Shown piece after piece: positions 10,257-20,676 of a stretch of 64,000 nucleotides of DNA. Source of the stretch: Candidatus Bathyarchaeota archaeon. Its GTDB lineage: Archaea; Thermoproteota; Bathyarchaeia; Bathyarchaeales; Bathyarchaeaceae. Position numbers and translations under genes: made by a program. The stretch is taken from positions 21,485 to 85,484 of the forward strand of contig CAVOMX010000022.1 of the NCBI GenBank assembly GCA_963697165.1, in the 5' to 3' direction. Each line of letters begins with the position of its first letter. Position 1 is the first letter of the stretch. The notes beneath the pieces are model-generated. The model was given only the letters and a program-made list of their open reading frames with translations. It was not told where the DNA came from and did no database searches.

Positions 10257-10748
10257 ATGATGAAAAAAAGAATGCTCAAGCTTCTGTTTGAGCTTATGAA
10301 GAACGCGAAGAGAAGCGACAGGGAAATCGCCAAAATCATAGGAGTTTCACAACCGACAATCACCAGAATGAGACAGCGGCTTGAGAAGACAGCCATAGTA
10401 GACTACACCGTTATACCTGATTGGACTGAACTTGGATTCGAAATTATGGCCATGACCTTAGTCAAAGCCAAAGGACTACCAGAAGCTACAGAGAAAGCAA
10501 AGAAATGGGCTATGAGTAACGCCAACGTTGTTTTCGCCGCAGGAGGCGAAGGCATGGGTATGGACTATTCCATAATATCTTTCCACAAGAATTACTCCGA
10601 TTACTCCAGTTTCATAGAAAACCTGAAAACAGCATGGACTGAAAATCTGCAAGACTTACAGAGCTTCCTTATGGCAACTGGCGAAGAGCGAACAGTGAAA
10701 CCTCTATCACTAAAGTATCTGGAAAAAACCTGGGAAGACACCGACTAG
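10257..10748 (+). CDS. Lrp/AsnC family transcriptional regulator
   Basis: N-terminal HTH SDREIAKIIGVSQPTITRMRQRLE, PD--ELGF linker. Confidence 0.9.
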   Translation: MMKKRMLKLLFELMKNAKRSDREIAKIIGVSQPTITRMRQRLEKTAIVDYTVIPDWTELGFEIMAMTLVKAKGLPEATEKAKKWAMSNANVVFAAGGEGMGMDYSIISFHKNYSDYSSFIENLKTAWTENLQDLQSFLMATGEERTVKPLSLKYLEKTWEDTD

Positions 10749-10848
10749 CCAACACACAAAACAACGCTGTCAAGCACACACATTTTCTTTTTCCCAGAAC
10801 CTTTTTTTAATACCTTATTGTCCTTTTTCGATTTCCTAGATGTGCATA

Positions 10849-10863
10849 GAAAGCCTTAATTTA
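10849..10863 (+). promoter_or_regulatory. BRE/TATA promoter of tRNA-Lys
   Basis: GAAAGCCTTAATTTA ~25-35 nt upstream of the tRNA. Confidence 0.5.
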
Positions 10864-10886
10864 ATCGCATATCCCAAAAGCATGGA

Positions 10887-10979
10887 GGGTCCGTAGCTTA
10901 GCAAGGAAGAGCAACTTGCGCCTAAAGCACCGGGCTTTTAACCCGGGGGTCAGGGGTTCAATTCCCCTCGGACCCGCCA
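10887..10979 (+). tRNA. tRNA-Lys(TTT) with 16-nt non-canonical intron (10910-10925, position 22/23); CCA encoded
   Basis: Acceptor GGGTCCG/CGGACCC, anticodon arm CCGGG-CTTTTAA-CCCGG, T arm AGGGG-TTCAATT-CCCCT; removing 16 nt restores the GCTT/GAGC D-stem. Confidence 0.92.
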
Positions 10980-10987
10980 AACATCCT

Positions 10988-11983
10988 CTAAATGTTTAGT
11001 ATCTCTACCTGTTCACCGATTTCTTCTCGCAAAGCCTTTTGATATGCAATATTGGCTGCGGCGGCATCCTGTATGGCAAGCCCCGTAGAAGCAAAAACTG
11101 TGATTTCTTCTGGCGACGTTCTTCCATTTTTAAGTCCCGCCACTATCTCGCAGATGTCACCCCAAACATCTTCTTGTTTGATGATTCCTTTAGCGAATGG
11201 AACATTAATTTCGCCACCGTGACAACTCTGGTCCCAATCATCTATAACAAGCTTTGACTTAACCAAAATAGCCGGATCCATCTCCTGTTTTCCTGGAGCG
11301 TCTGCACCCATACAATTAATGTGCGTTCCATCGTTTACCCACTCTGCAGACACCAAAGGTTTTCTTGAAGGGGTAGCAGTTACTATGATATCAGCTTCTT
11401 GGGCAGCGTTCTCAACGTTTCCAACATGGTAAATGCTGGATTGACTGTACTGTTTTTCCATTTCTTTTGCATACTTTGAAGCTGCTTTTTGGTTTATATC
11501 CCATACTCTCACTTCTTTGATTGTCTCAAAAACGAGTTGTAGTCCCATGAGTTGTGTTCTCGCTTGGGCTCCTGCGCCTACAATGCCGACAGTTTTTGGA
11601 TTTGGGTTGGCAAGATACTTAGCTGCTATTGCTCCGGCTGCGCCAGTTCGTAAGGCGGTGATCCATGTTCCTCCCATTACTGCTTCTGGTGCACCAGTTC
11701 TTGGGTCAACCAGTATTATCGTTGCCATGACTGTAGGCAATCCATGTTTTCGGTTTTCGGGGTGGCTATTCACAATTTTTACTGTAGCCACGTCGTTTTC
11801 TTCGAGGTACGCGGGCATGGTTCTGAGGTCGCCGTTGTATTTGTTCATGAAAAGATACTGTTTTGGGGGCATTTGGGCGTGACCTAGCCCCTTCATTCTG
11901 AATGCTCCTTCTACTGCATCGGTAACTTCCTTTAGAGAAAGCAGTTTTTTTATGTCTTCTTCAGACAGAACTAACGTTTTCAC
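10988..11983 (-). CDS. ala: Alanine dehydrogenase, archaeal (ornithine cyclodeaminase/mu-crystallin family)
   Basis: GDLRTMPAYL, KIVNSHPEN, RTGAAG, GADAPGKQE, STGLAIQD. Confidence 0.9.
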   Translation of the reverse strand: MKTLVLSEEDIKKLLSLKEVTDAVEGAFRMKGLGHAQMPPKQYLFMNKYNGDLRTMPAYLEENDVATVKIVNSHPENRKHGLPTVMATIILVDPRTGAPEAVMGGTWITALRTGAAGAIAAKYLANPNPKTVGIVGAGAQARTQLMGLQLVFETIKEVRVWDINQKAASKYAKEMEKQYSQSSIYHVGNVENAAQEADIIVTATPSRKPLVSAEWVNDGTHINCMGADAPGKQEMDPAILVKSKLVIDDWDQSCHGGEINVPFAKGIIKQEDVWGDICEIVAGLKNGRTSPEEITVFASTGLAIQDAAAANIAYQKALREEIGEQVEILNI

Positions 11984-12113
11984 TTTTTTCGTATCCCCCT
12001 CTCTTTAATATTCTTATTCGAAGACGTTCAGCTTTAATGTTACCTAGCCTGAGCAACTGCTCACGCAAACAAGAATTGGGTTCACGACAATACTCTAATT
12101 CGATGGCTCTAGC

Positions 12114-13691
12114 TTACGGGTAATCTGGGTTTATTCCTGATAGTTTCATTAAAGGCTGTAAAGATTTTTTTCCATGTTTCCATCGGTAATACAATACATA
12201 AGCAAGCATTGTCACAAACCTTACTGGCCATTTAGAACCTTCAGCGAAAATTTCTATGTTGCGCCTCCAGCATGTAGCCAAAAGCTCCCATTGGAGTGAC
12301 GTTAAATGCTTCAAGTCCATGTGACGAGCTTCCCTCAGTACACACTCATCTTCGGAAGTGAACAGTAACGGCACATAGAACAGTTTATTATGCTTCAGCT
12401 TGTCCACAAGCTCAAGCGTCGCAATCGTATCAGCTTCGGTTTCTCCAGGCAAACCAACAATTAACGTTGCCAAAGGCCAGATATAGTTCTCGTTCATGAT
12501 TTCCAGTGCCTTGGTCACTACATCCTGCCACTCTTCAGGCTTGTACGGAAACATCTTTCCCGGCATATACTTCTTCATGAGCCGAACACTTCCTGTTTCC
12601 ATTCCAACTTCGACTGAACTGTGGCGAGTTTCATTCGTGACCCAGTATGATTTTTCGCGAAGAACAGGTCCAATCTCTTCAATCATATCGGGGTCGCAGA
12701 CAACAGGTGCCAAAGCTGCATGAGCAGGTTGAATGAAGTCTACTTCTGGAATTGCGGCGATTGAATTGATTAACTTGGAAATTGCTTTGCGGTTTGGCAA
12801 AAACTTGGTGTTGCATTGATACAGGAAGATGTCTTCGCTTGCCAAGATTATCATTCGTGTACCATGTTTTGCGTTCAATTCGACTTCCTGCATGATTTGC
12901 TCTAAAGGAAACGAGTGAGGTCTTCGCATCATTGGCGAGCAGAACTTGCAACCCCGACCGCAGCCACGTGTAATCTCCACTGTGCCGAAGATTGACGGGT
13001 TAACGATAGGACAAATTTCCTCTGGATTAGGCGACTCGGTTTCAACTACTCTTGGAAGTTTTTCGCTGTTGAGTGCCTTGCGGAAAATCTCTATGGCTGT
13101 CTTTTCTCCTTCTCCTATGACTATGCAGTCGATTCCATACTTCTTTTGCAACTTTGCCCTGTGAACTTGCCAAGAACCTGCTCCTCCAAGAACTATTTTG
13201 GCGCCCCACTTGTGTAGAATTGGGTTTGTAATTAGGTCTCTGAATTCTGCGGCAGCCACGGGTTCTCCGCCGAAGCCTACAAGAGATGTGTATGTTCGGC
13301 TGACAAAGCCTGTTCCCGTTGGCTCCATCGAAGTTATTCCAATAACTTTGGTGATTGGTCCAACAAACGTTTTCAAATCATATGGGTGCACTACTGCAAC
13401 TTTTTGTTCGCCAAACTCTCTAATCAGTGAAGCCTCAATTTTTCGCATTCCGTATGGCGCAAATTTGGCAGTGCAATCTCCGTTTGTGGGAACTCTTGGG
13501 TACCAATATTTTCTTAGTAATGCCCTTGGGATGATGGCTGTTGGAAATCCTCCTGTAAACGCGATGAATGGATTGAGCTTAAAGTCACTCATGTCTGTAG
13601 CTGGTCCCGTGAGAACTATAGGAACGCCTTGAGCCGGAGGTGCGGCTCCATCCTTCTGTCCCATAATAGCGCGCATTCTATCGTACAACAT
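12114..13691 (-). CDS. B12-binding-like radical SAM protein (uncharacterised archaeal family)
   Basis: APYGMRKIEA, GGAGSWQ, GEGE, EITRGCGRGCKFC, GMETGS, IVGLPGET. Confidence 0.85.
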   Translation of the reverse strand: MLYDRMRAIMGQKDGAAPPAQGVPIVLTGPATDMSDFKLNPFIAFTGGFPTAIIPRALLRKYWYPRVPTNGDCTAKFAPYGMRKIEASLIREFGEQKVAVVHPYDLKTFVGPITKVIGITSMEPTGTGFVSRTYTSLVGFGGEPVAAAEFRDLITNPILHKWGAKIVLGGAGSWQVHRAKLQKKYGIDCIVIGEGEKTAIEIFRKALNSEKLPRVVETESPNPEEICPIVNPSIFGTVEITRGCGRGCKFCSPMMRRPHSFPLEQIMQEVELNAKHGTRMIILASEDIFLYQCNTKFLPNRKAISKLINSIAAIPEVDFIQPAHAALAPVVCDPDMIEEIGPVLREKSYWVTNETRHSSVEVGMETGSVRLMKKYMPGKMFPYKPEEWQDVVTKALEIMNENYIWPLATLIVGLPGETEADTIATLELVDKLKHNKLFYVPLLFTSEDECVLREARHMDLKHLTSLQWELLATCWRRNIEIFAEGSKWPVRFVTMLAYVLYYRWKHGKKSLQPLMKLSGINPDYP

Positions 13692-13790
13692 TTAAGAACT
13701 TTGCTGTGCCTTTTGTTGGTTGTAGCTCATAGTTGAGTGTTTGAAGTCAGAAGTTAATTATAAAAGAGGCATTCTGGAGATTAAGTTTTC

Positions 13791-15161
13791 ATGAAGACCG
13801 AAAGCTGGCTGCAATGTATTGTTCCTAGTTGTGGAAAAAAATACGGTATCACAGAACGGAGAACAGCATGTGACTGTGGCGAACTCCTTGATGTTCTATA
13901 CACTGGAGATTTCCCAAAAGGTTTGCAGGAAACTTTTTGTGAACGCCTAAATCATAGACAGAACATCTTTAATGAAAGTGGGGTTTGGCGATACCGTGAG
14001 TTACTTAATTTTGCTGGAGTAGACACCGAAAACTATGCTGATTACAGCAGAAAGCTGGTTTCTCTAGACGGCGCAGAAGGAAGAACAAAGCCGTTTCATT
14101 TGACCCGAGTTGCCGATTATGTTGGCGTAAAAACTGGAAACTTTTGGTTGCAGTTTGAGGGAGATAACCCAACAGGTTCTTTTAAGGATAATGGTATGGC
14201 GTCTGCTTTTACGCATGCAAGGATGGTTGGAGCCAAAAAGGTTGTTTGTGCCTCTACTGGTAACACTTCGAGTTCTGCTGCGGCGTTTGCAGCGAACGAG
14301 TTGGATATGCAAGCGGTGATTCTTGTTGGGGAAGGAAAGATTGCTAAAGGTAAGCTTGCTCAGTCTCTTGCGTATGGCGCTAAGGTTCTGCAGGTGAAAG
14401 GCGATTTCGATGTTGCCATGTCTATGGTGACAGCACTTTCAAAAGAGAGCAACATCTACGTTGTCAATTCTTTGAACTCGTTCCGTCTTGAAGGGCAGAA
14501 GACTATGATGTTTCGGATGCTCGATTATCTGCGCTGGGAAGTTCCTGATTGGATTGTGTTTCCTGGAGGAAACTTGGGCAACACTTCAGCTTTTGGAAAG
14601 GCATTCATGGAGCTTTACGAGTATGGCTGGATAAAGAAGAAGCCGCGGATGGCAGTGATTGTCGCAGATGGTGCGTCTACCTTGGCTGACTTCTATAATG
14701 AGCTTGAGTTAAGATGGAACAAGGGAAACATCGACAACAGCATCATCGACGACTACTACGGCGAAGTTGACAGAAAGGGCATTAAAGCAAAGACACGAGC
14801 CAGTGCAATAGAGATTCTTAAACCCGTAAACTTGAAGAAGGCGCTGCGGACCCTAGAATTCACTGACGGAGTTGTAACAAAAGTCTCTGACGAAGCAATA
14901 ATGGATGCTATGGCAATGGTAAGCAAGAATGGTTTTGGATGTGAACCCGCTTCAGCTGCAACCGTGGCAGGAACCAAAAAGCTGGTGGAGAATGGCACAA
15001 TCGGCGCCGACGATACTGTAGTTGGCATTGCAACTGGTCACGTCCTAAAGGATGTTACAGCAATAGTGGATTACCATTTCAACCCAGAAAACAGATTCGC
15101 CAACACGCCAATAACTGTCGAGCCGGATATAAAAGAAATACTAAAACTTGCAGACAGTTAA
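13791..15161 (+). CDS. thrC: Threonine synthase
   Basis: NPTGSFKD (PLP Lys), CASTGNTS, PGGNLGN, CEPASAA, TGHVLKD. Confidence 0.95.
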   Translation: MKTESWLQCIVPSCGKKYGITERRTACDCGELLDVLYTGDFPKGLQETFCERLNHRQNIFNESGVWRYRELLNFAGVDTENYADYSRKLVSLDGAEGRTKPFHLTRVADYVGVKTGNFWLQFEGDNPTGSFKDNGMASAFTHARMVGAKKVVCASTGNTSSSAAAFAANELDMQAVILVGEGKIAKGKLAQSLAYGAKVLQVKGDFDVAMSMVTALSKESNIYVVNSLNSFRLEGQKTMMFRMLDYLRWEVPDWIVFPGGNLGNTSAFGKAFMELYEYGWIKKKPRMAVIVADGASTLADFYNELELRWNKGNIDNSIIDDYYGEVDRKGIKAKTRASAIEILKPVNLKKALRTLEFTDGVVTKVSDEAIMDAMAMVSKNGFGCEPASAATVAGTKKLVENGTIGADDTVVGIATGHVLKDVTAIVDYHFNPENRFANTPITVEPDIKEILKLADS

Positions 15162-15202
15162 CCCAAACTTCGATTCTGATTGTGACTAAACTTGCTTTGT
15201 TT

Positions 15203-15454
15203 TTAAGCGGAGCCTACGAAGCTCATTGCCTGAGCCATTATGAAGAACAAGAAAATGGAGCTGGTGAGTTTGGAGCCTACCTTCCAGACGACAGAGAGAA
15301 GAATGAAGATTGTTGCGATCTGTATGAGCTGCTGAGACGCCGAGATGCCCATGTTTTCTAAGATGAAGCCTATGAGATAGGTTATCCCGTCTCCGATAAA
15401 CTTCAAGCCAGTTACTATCTGACCTAAGGCTTCAATTAGACCCGGACTAAACAT
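15203..15454 (-). CDS. Small membrane protein
   Basis: 83-aa hydrophobic ORF with ATG start. Confidence 0.6.
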   Translation of the reverse strand: MFSPGLIEALGQIVTGLKFIGDGITYLIGFILENMGISASQQLIQIATIFILLSVVWKVGSKLTSSIFLFFIMAQAMSFVGSA

Positions 15455-15904
15455 TCAATTCTTAACCCCTAGACTCTACAGTGAGGCTCAAACATCAGTT
15501 AAGGTCGAATAACTTATCAACATTATGAGGGTATTGCTCCTTATAGAAAATTCAGTAAACCAATTGACAACAGCAATAAGGCTCTCTTTTACTAACTCAC
15601 AATATAGAGTACGGCTAATTTTTTCGCATTTTTGATGCTTGTCGTATAGACTAGAATATTGCCGAATCTAAAATACCTCAAGTTAAACCGTTCTTGGACA
15701 CGGAACTCGCTTTATCTACACTTTAGGCACTGTTTACTATTTGATACACTATATTTGAAGAAATTACGCTCTCGGGTGGAGACATGCTTCTCGTCCTCTG
15801 CATTTTGATATTTCTCTTCATAATAGTTTATGGTGCAATATCATTACGATCTGTAAAATACATGAAACCAAGATAATTTTCTCTTTCTTCACCTCTCTTG
15901 GAAT

Positions 15905-15918
15905 GAAAAATTTAAGTA
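15905..15918 (+). promoter_or_regulatory. BRE/TATA promoter of tRNA-Asp
   Basis: GAAAAA-TTTAAGTA ~30-40 nt upstream of the tRNA. Confidence 0.55.
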
Positions 15919-15947
15919 CAAGTCTGCTTCTTTCTAGGGAATTGGAT

Positions 15948-16025
15948 GCCCTGGTAGTATAGCTAGGCCTAGTATAGGCGGCTGTCGCCCGCCCGACCCG
16001 GGTTCAAATCCCGGCCAGGGCGCCA
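15948..16025 (+). tRNA. tRNA-Asp(GTC), CCA encoded
   Basis: GCCCTGG/CCAGGGC acceptor, GGCGG-CTGTCGC-CCGCC anticodon arm, CCGGG-TTCAAAT-CCCGG T arm. Confidence 0.96.
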
Positions 16026-16185
16026 CTATTTTCTCTCCTCAAAAACGGTTTTGGATAAACTCTAATGGCTGTCCTGCCTGTACGTTGGATTTTTTGTTAG
16101 GTTCTATGTGTACGTTAAGTTATTAGTAAAGTTGCGACAAAATAATGAAAGGAACGATTCCAGCCTGAATTCTTGGAGAAATGTT

Positions 16186-17388
16186 ATGGCACAAACTGGG
16201 AAAGAAAAAAAGCGTGAAGGATCATCAGTTAGGAATTTGTTAGCATTAGGGTTTGTTAGTTTTTTCACTGACATGTCTAGTGAGATGGTTTTCAGTCTTT
16301 TGCCCGCCTTTATTCTTGGTTTACCTGGCTCCAGCAGGGCTGTGTTGGGGTTGATTGAGGGAACTGCTGAGGCTTTGAGTTATAGTTTGCGTGCGGTTTC
16401 GGGGATTTTTTCTGACAAGTTCAGGAAACGGAAGTTGTTTGTTTTGGTTGGGTACTCTTTGTCGAATGCTGTTAAGCCTCTCTTTGCGGTGGCTAGGTCA
16501 CCCTTTGATGTTTTGTTGATAAGAGTTAGTGATCGTGTTGGTAAGGGTGTTCGTACTTCTCCTCGGGATGCTCTTCTCTGTGAGTCGGTTTCTGAGAATC
16601 GCAGGGGTGCCGCTTTTGGTTTACATCGGTCTCTTGATCAAGCAGGCGCTGTTGGGGGACCTGTGATTGCTTCGGCAGTTATGATATTGTTGAGCTTCAC
16701 CATAAGAGACGTTTTCTGGTTGTCGATGATTCCCGGTACTATCGCATTACTGCTTATTCTGTTTCTGGTTAAGGAGCGGGCAGGCAAACCTGTTGAGTTT
16801 CGTTTGTTTGATGGCATCAAGTCTGTTTTGAAAGGAGATTTTTCTCTGCTTCTTGTTGTTGTCGGCATTTTTAGTTTGGGTGCATTCAATTTTTCTTTTG
16901 TTCTTCTTAATGCTGGGGATGCTGGGATTGCAGATTCGTTTATTCCTCTGGTTTATGCGGCGATTAATGTTGCGCATGCTGCTGTGGCGATTCCTGCTGG
17001 CGTTTTGTCTGACCGTGTAGGTAAGGAGAAGGTTATGGTTTTGGGTTATGGCGTTTTTCTTTCGTCTGCTCTGCTGATTTTGGTTCCCGTGAATGTTGTT
17101 CTTGCTCTTTTGGTTGCCGTGTTTTATGGCGCGTATCTTGGAATTGTCGAGACTGTTCAGAGGGCTTTGATTCCAGATTATGTTGGACAAAATTTGAGGG
17201 GAACAGCCTATGGACTGTATTATCTTCTTGTTGGCTCCGCATTCTTTGTTTCTAATGCTGTGGTCGGAACTTTGTGGGAGTACTTTGGCTCTTATATTGC
17301 ATCCACTTACAGCATAATCTTATCGGTTGTGGCTATTTTAGCCATGATTCTGTTTGTTAGAAGAAAGCGTGAAAATGGTTTAGAGTAG
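16186..17388 (+). CDS. MFS transporter
   Basis: SFFTDMSSEM, G--SDK--KRK, DRVGKGVRTSPRDAL, FGLHRSLD; multiple TM helices. Confidence 0.92.
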   Translation: MAQTGKEKKREGSSVRNLLALGFVSFFTDMSSEMVFSLLPAFILGLPGSSRAVLGLIEGTAEALSYSLRAVSGIFSDKFRKRKLFVLVGYSLSNAVKPLFAVARSPFDVLLIRVSDRVGKGVRTSPRDALLCESVSENRRGAAFGLHRSLDQAGAVGGPVIASAVMILLSFTIRDVFWLSMIPGTIALLLILFLVKERAGKPVEFRLFDGIKSVLKGDFSLLLVVVGIFSLGAFNFSFVLLNAGDAGIADSFIPLVYAAINVAHAAVAIPAGVLSDRVGKEKVMVLGYGVFLSSALLILVPVNVVLALLVAVFYGAYLGIVETVQRALIPDYVGQNLRGTAYGLYYLLVGSAFFVSNAVVGTLWEYFGSYIASTYSIILSVVAILAMILFVRRKRENGLE

Positions 17389-17760
17389 GTTCAGTTTGAT
17401 TAGATTCTCTACCTGTTTTTTGTTTGCAAGGGAGCAGTAAACCCATTTTCCCTTCTTTGTACGGTTGACTATGCCCACGTTTTCTAGTATCTGGATGTGA
17501 TGAGAAAGGTTTGGTTGGGTCATATAGAGGCATATCATCAGTTCGCATATGCACATTTCTTTAACCATTAGGAGTTTGACTATTCTGAGCCTTTTTTCGT
17601 CAGATAATGCCTTGAAGAATTTGCTGTTTTTCTTTGCGGTTTTGGCGTCTGCGACGCCGTCGGCTAATTGGAGTAGTTCTTTGCGGTAATCGTCGGCAAC
17701 TTCTGCTTGGCATAGGTCGGTTTCGGTTAGCCGTTTTAGTCGCTGGTCAACGTTTTTCAT
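17380..17760 (-). CDS. arsR: ArsR/SmtB family repressor
   Basis: FKALSD-KRL-I, CICEL, QPNLSHHI-IL, GKWVY; divergent from acr3. Confidence 0.92.
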   Translation of the reverse strand: MKNVDQRLKRLTETDLCQAEVADDYRKELLQLADGVADAKTAKKNSKFFKALSDEKRLRIVKLLMVKEMCICELMICLYMTQPNLSHHIQILENVGIVNRTKKGKWVYCSLANKKQVENLIKLNLL

Positions 17761-17883
17761 TGGGTTCTCACCATTTTTTATTGGGTATGTTTCTAAATAC
17801 GTTTATGGAAACAAAACATATTAATATATCTAAAATTGTTTATATTTTTACAGTATTAACGCCAAAGGAAGTAACCAAAAAAC

Positions 17884-17988
17884 ATGAGTAAAGAACTCAA
17901 ATGCCAATACGGAATCCCCGAAAACGAATGCTGCCAACCACCAACTTGCCAAAAATTGATTCAAAGACAGAAAAGCAGCAACAAATAA
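17884..17988 (+). CDS. 34-aa Cys-rich peptide upstream of acr3 (not in ORF track)
   Basis: MSKELKCQYGIPENECCQPPTCQKLIQRQKSSNK*; between the ars promoter and acr3. Confidence 0.5.
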   Translation: MSKELKCQYGIPENECCQPPTCQKLIQRQKSSNK

Positions 17989-18017
17989 AACCAATCTCCT
18001 TTTTTGAGGAATAACCC

Positions 18018-19043
18018 TTGGGAAAAAAATCTGAAGTGCATCTTGGCATTTTCGAAAAGTATCTTGCCATCTGGGTTTTCGTGTGCATGCTAACAGGGCT
18101 TTTTCTTTCACAAATCATCCCCGAGTTAAGTCTTGCAATTAATAACCTGCAATTCGCTGGAATATCCATACCCATCGGCATCTGTCTTTTTCTTATGATG
18201 TATCCTGCCCTCCTAAACCTGCAATTTAGTGAACTAAAAAAATTAGGAAAAAACCCAAAACCGATCATCATAACCCTTATTTCCAATTGGGTTTGGGCTC
18301 CAATAGTAACCGCTTTTCTGGCTTACTACTTTTTGGCAGGCAACGATCAGCTGATTGTATCTTTGATTCTGCTTGGGTCTAGCCCCTGCACTGCCATGGT
18401 TCTGGTTTGGGGCGCATTAGCCAACGGGAACCAAGAACAAAACGTCGTCAACACTACATTGAACACAATAACGATAATGTTTCTGTATGCGCCTGTTGTT
18501 TCGCTCTTAACTGGCATCCAGAATATCCAAATTGACAGGCTGTCTCTTCTGTTGTCCGTTTTTGTTTTCATAGGAATCCCTTTGGTTCTGGGTTATGTCT
18601 CAAAGAAGTTGATTACGGGCAGGAAGGGGGCAGAATGGTTCAAGGAAACGTATCGCCCCACAGTAGGAAAAATAGCAATTCTTGCTCTATTGGCAACTTT
18701 GATTGTCATATTCTCTCTTAACGGGAATGTGTTGATAGCGCATCCAGAGGAGATGATACGGGTCTCAATTCCGCTACTGCTTGGATTCGCAATCATCGTA
18801 GGCGCTAATCTATTAATTACCAAATTTGCTGGACTCAGATACAAAGAGGGAATAATCTCGGTTATCATAGGTTCTTCTAGCCACTTCGAGATTGCAATTG
18901 CTACTGCTATCAGCCTTTACGGTTTAGGTTCACAGGCGGCGTTGGGAACAACAATGGGGCTGTTCTGGGAAGTTCCAGTCATGCTCAGCCTAGTGTATCT
19001 GGGCAAGAAACTGGGACAAAGAGGGTTCTGGAAAAAAGATTAG
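18018..19043 (+). CDS. acr3: Arsenite efflux transporter, ACR3 family
   Basis: FEKYLAIWV, MMYP, NWVWAP, PCTAMVLVW, SSHFEIAIA, EVPVMLSLV. Confidence 0.95.
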   Translation: MGKKSEVHLGIFEKYLAIWVFVCMLTGLFLSQIIPELSLAINNLQFAGISIPIGICLFLMMYPALLNLQFSELKKLGKNPKPIIITLISNWVWAPIVTAFLAYYFLAGNDQLIVSLILLGSSPCTAMVLVWGALANGNQEQNVVNTTLNTITIMFLYAPVVSLLTGIQNIQIDRLSLLLSVFVFIGIPLVLGYVSKKLITGRKGAEWFKETYRPTVGKIAILALLATLIVIFSLNGNVLIAHPEEMIRVSIPLLLGFAIIVGANLLITKFAGLRYKEGIISVIIGSSSHFEIAIATAISLYGLGSQAALGTTMGLFWEVPVMLSLVYLGKKLGQRGFWKKD

Positions 19044-19056
19044 CAAAAAAAAGTGA

Positions 19057-19833
19057 TTGAATATGGAAAATAAGAAAGTCAAAGAATATGTGAAAAAACG
19101 GTATGGCGAGATAGCCAAGACAGAATGTTCTAGCTGTTCATCGTCTTGCTGCTCGTCATCTAGTTGTGGGCCATCTCCACAGTATGTTTTGTGGAAGCTC
19201 GGCTATTCTCCGGGTGACATAGAAAGTGTTCCAGAAGATTCTGTTCTGGGTTTGGGCTGCGGAAACCCTGTTGCGTTAGCCAGTTTGAAGGAAGGCGAAA
19301 CCGTCCTAGACTTGGGTTCAGGTGGTGGTATCGATGTCTTTTTGGCATCCAAGAAGGTAGGCCCGACCGGAAAGGTGATTGGCGTAGACATGACGCCCGA
19401 AATGGTGGAGAAAGCGAAAGCTAACGCTTCTGAGCATGGCTACACGAATGTCGAGTTTCGTTTAGGAGAAATCGAAGCCCTGCCTGTTGAGGATGCGACT
19501 GTGGATGTTATCATCAGCAACTGCGTGATTAACTTGGCTCCAGACAAACTGAAGGTATTCCAAGAAGCCTACAGAGTTCTGAAATCAGGCGGGAGACTTA
19601 TGGTGTCTGACCTTGTTACGGAAGGAGAATTGCCAGAGGATGTCAGAAAAAGTTTTGATGCTTGGGCAGGATGCATCGCTGGTGCGCTCGAAAAAGGAGA
19701 CTACCTCAACAAGATAAAGCAAGCAGGATTCGAGAATGTTAAGGTGGTTTCTGGAAAACCCTATACCCTTGGCATTTCTCAGCAGCTGAATGGAAAAATA
19801 ACTAGCATCCAAGTTGAAGCCCACAAAAGTTAG
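19057..19833 (+). CDS. arsM: Arsenite S-adenosylmethionine methyltransferase
   Basis: Cys-rich N-terminus, [34 protein letters not shown]. Confidence 0.95.
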   Translation: MNMENKKVKEYVKKRYGEIAKTECSSCSSSCCSSSSCGPSPQYVLWKLGYSPGDIESVPEDSVLGLGCGNPVALASLKEGETVLDLGSGGGIDVFLASKKVGPTGKVIGVDMTPEMVEKAKANASEHGYTNVEFRLGEIEALPVEDATVDVIISNCVINLAPDKLKVFQEAYRVLKSGGRLMVSDLVTEGELPEDVRKSFDAWAGCIAGALEKGDYLNKIKQAGFENVKVVSGKPYTLGISQQLNGKITSIQVEAHKS

Positions 19834-19927
19834 CTTCGATTTTCTGGGCAAAAATGTGAATCGATTGGCAATAACCAAATAAGCGCTGCAAACCCAGAGA
19901 GTTAGAGAATAATAATGTGGTGTAAGT

Positions 19928-20566
19928 GTGTCTGCTAGTTGGAAACAATGGACAAAAAATGACCTGTTATTCGGATTTCTAGTGCCTCTGATTGTTGCCC
20001 TTGTAATCGTCGCGTTTCCATTGTTAACCCCGTTTCTGGCATCAGTTAATCCTGCCCTAATCGGAATACTCGTGTATGGGCTTGAAGAACAAATTTTGAT
20101 AGTTGCAGTTCCACTCTTTTTGGGGTTGTTATGGAATCAATGGGCTGGCGGCGCATCTGGATTCATACTTGGCAGCATCTACGCATTAGACTATAGCCAT
20201 CAGTATCTGCTTGGCAACGTTTTCGCTATAGTTCGCGGGGACTCATTCTCTGGCGGATTTTTTGGAGGTGGCGGTGACAGTATCCTTTTGGGGTATCTAG
20301 TAAGTGCAATGCTTATTGGATATCTGGCTGGGAGCCTTAACAAAGGTTCAGACAATTTCTTCCGGATGATAATCTCGGGGCTCGTAGCCGCAGCCACAGG
20401 CGCTTTACTGCTGTTTCTTTCCTATCATCTTTCTCCACTTAATGTGGTGACCGGACCTTTCGGATTATTCCTAACCGTTGTTCCGCGCCTATTATTTGCC
20501 ATACTTATTCCTGTCTTTGCCAAGCTTTTCATGTGGTTCAATATAGTCCCAAAAACGGCAAGCTAA
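19928..20566 (+). CDS. Polytopic membrane protein (possibly ECF S-component-like)
   Basis: 212 aa, ~6 hydrophobic segments, WAGGASGFILG. Confidence 0.7.
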   Translation: MSASWKQWTKNDLLFGFLVPLIVALVIVAFPLLTPFLASVNPALIGILVYGLEEQILIVAVPLFLGLLWNQWAGGASGFILGSIYALDYSHQYLLGNVFAIVRGDSFSGGFFGGGGDSILLGYLVSAMLIGYLAGSLNKGSDNFFRMIISGLVAAATGALLLFLSYHLSPLNVVTGPFGLFLTVVPRLLFAILIPVFAKLFMWFNIVPKTAS

Positions 20567-20676
20567 CGCTTTTTTGTTAACTTTATCAACTCTTATGACG
20601 AGTTAGCTCTGAAGATGAACAATTTAGCTTGTGACGAGGACTAAAACTAAGCAGATTAGTCAGTGCCATTTACTGT

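Noticed and set aside
15480..15900. Intergenic stretch before tRNA-Asp as a pseudogene
   Set aside because: Only short frames with no recognisable protein motif
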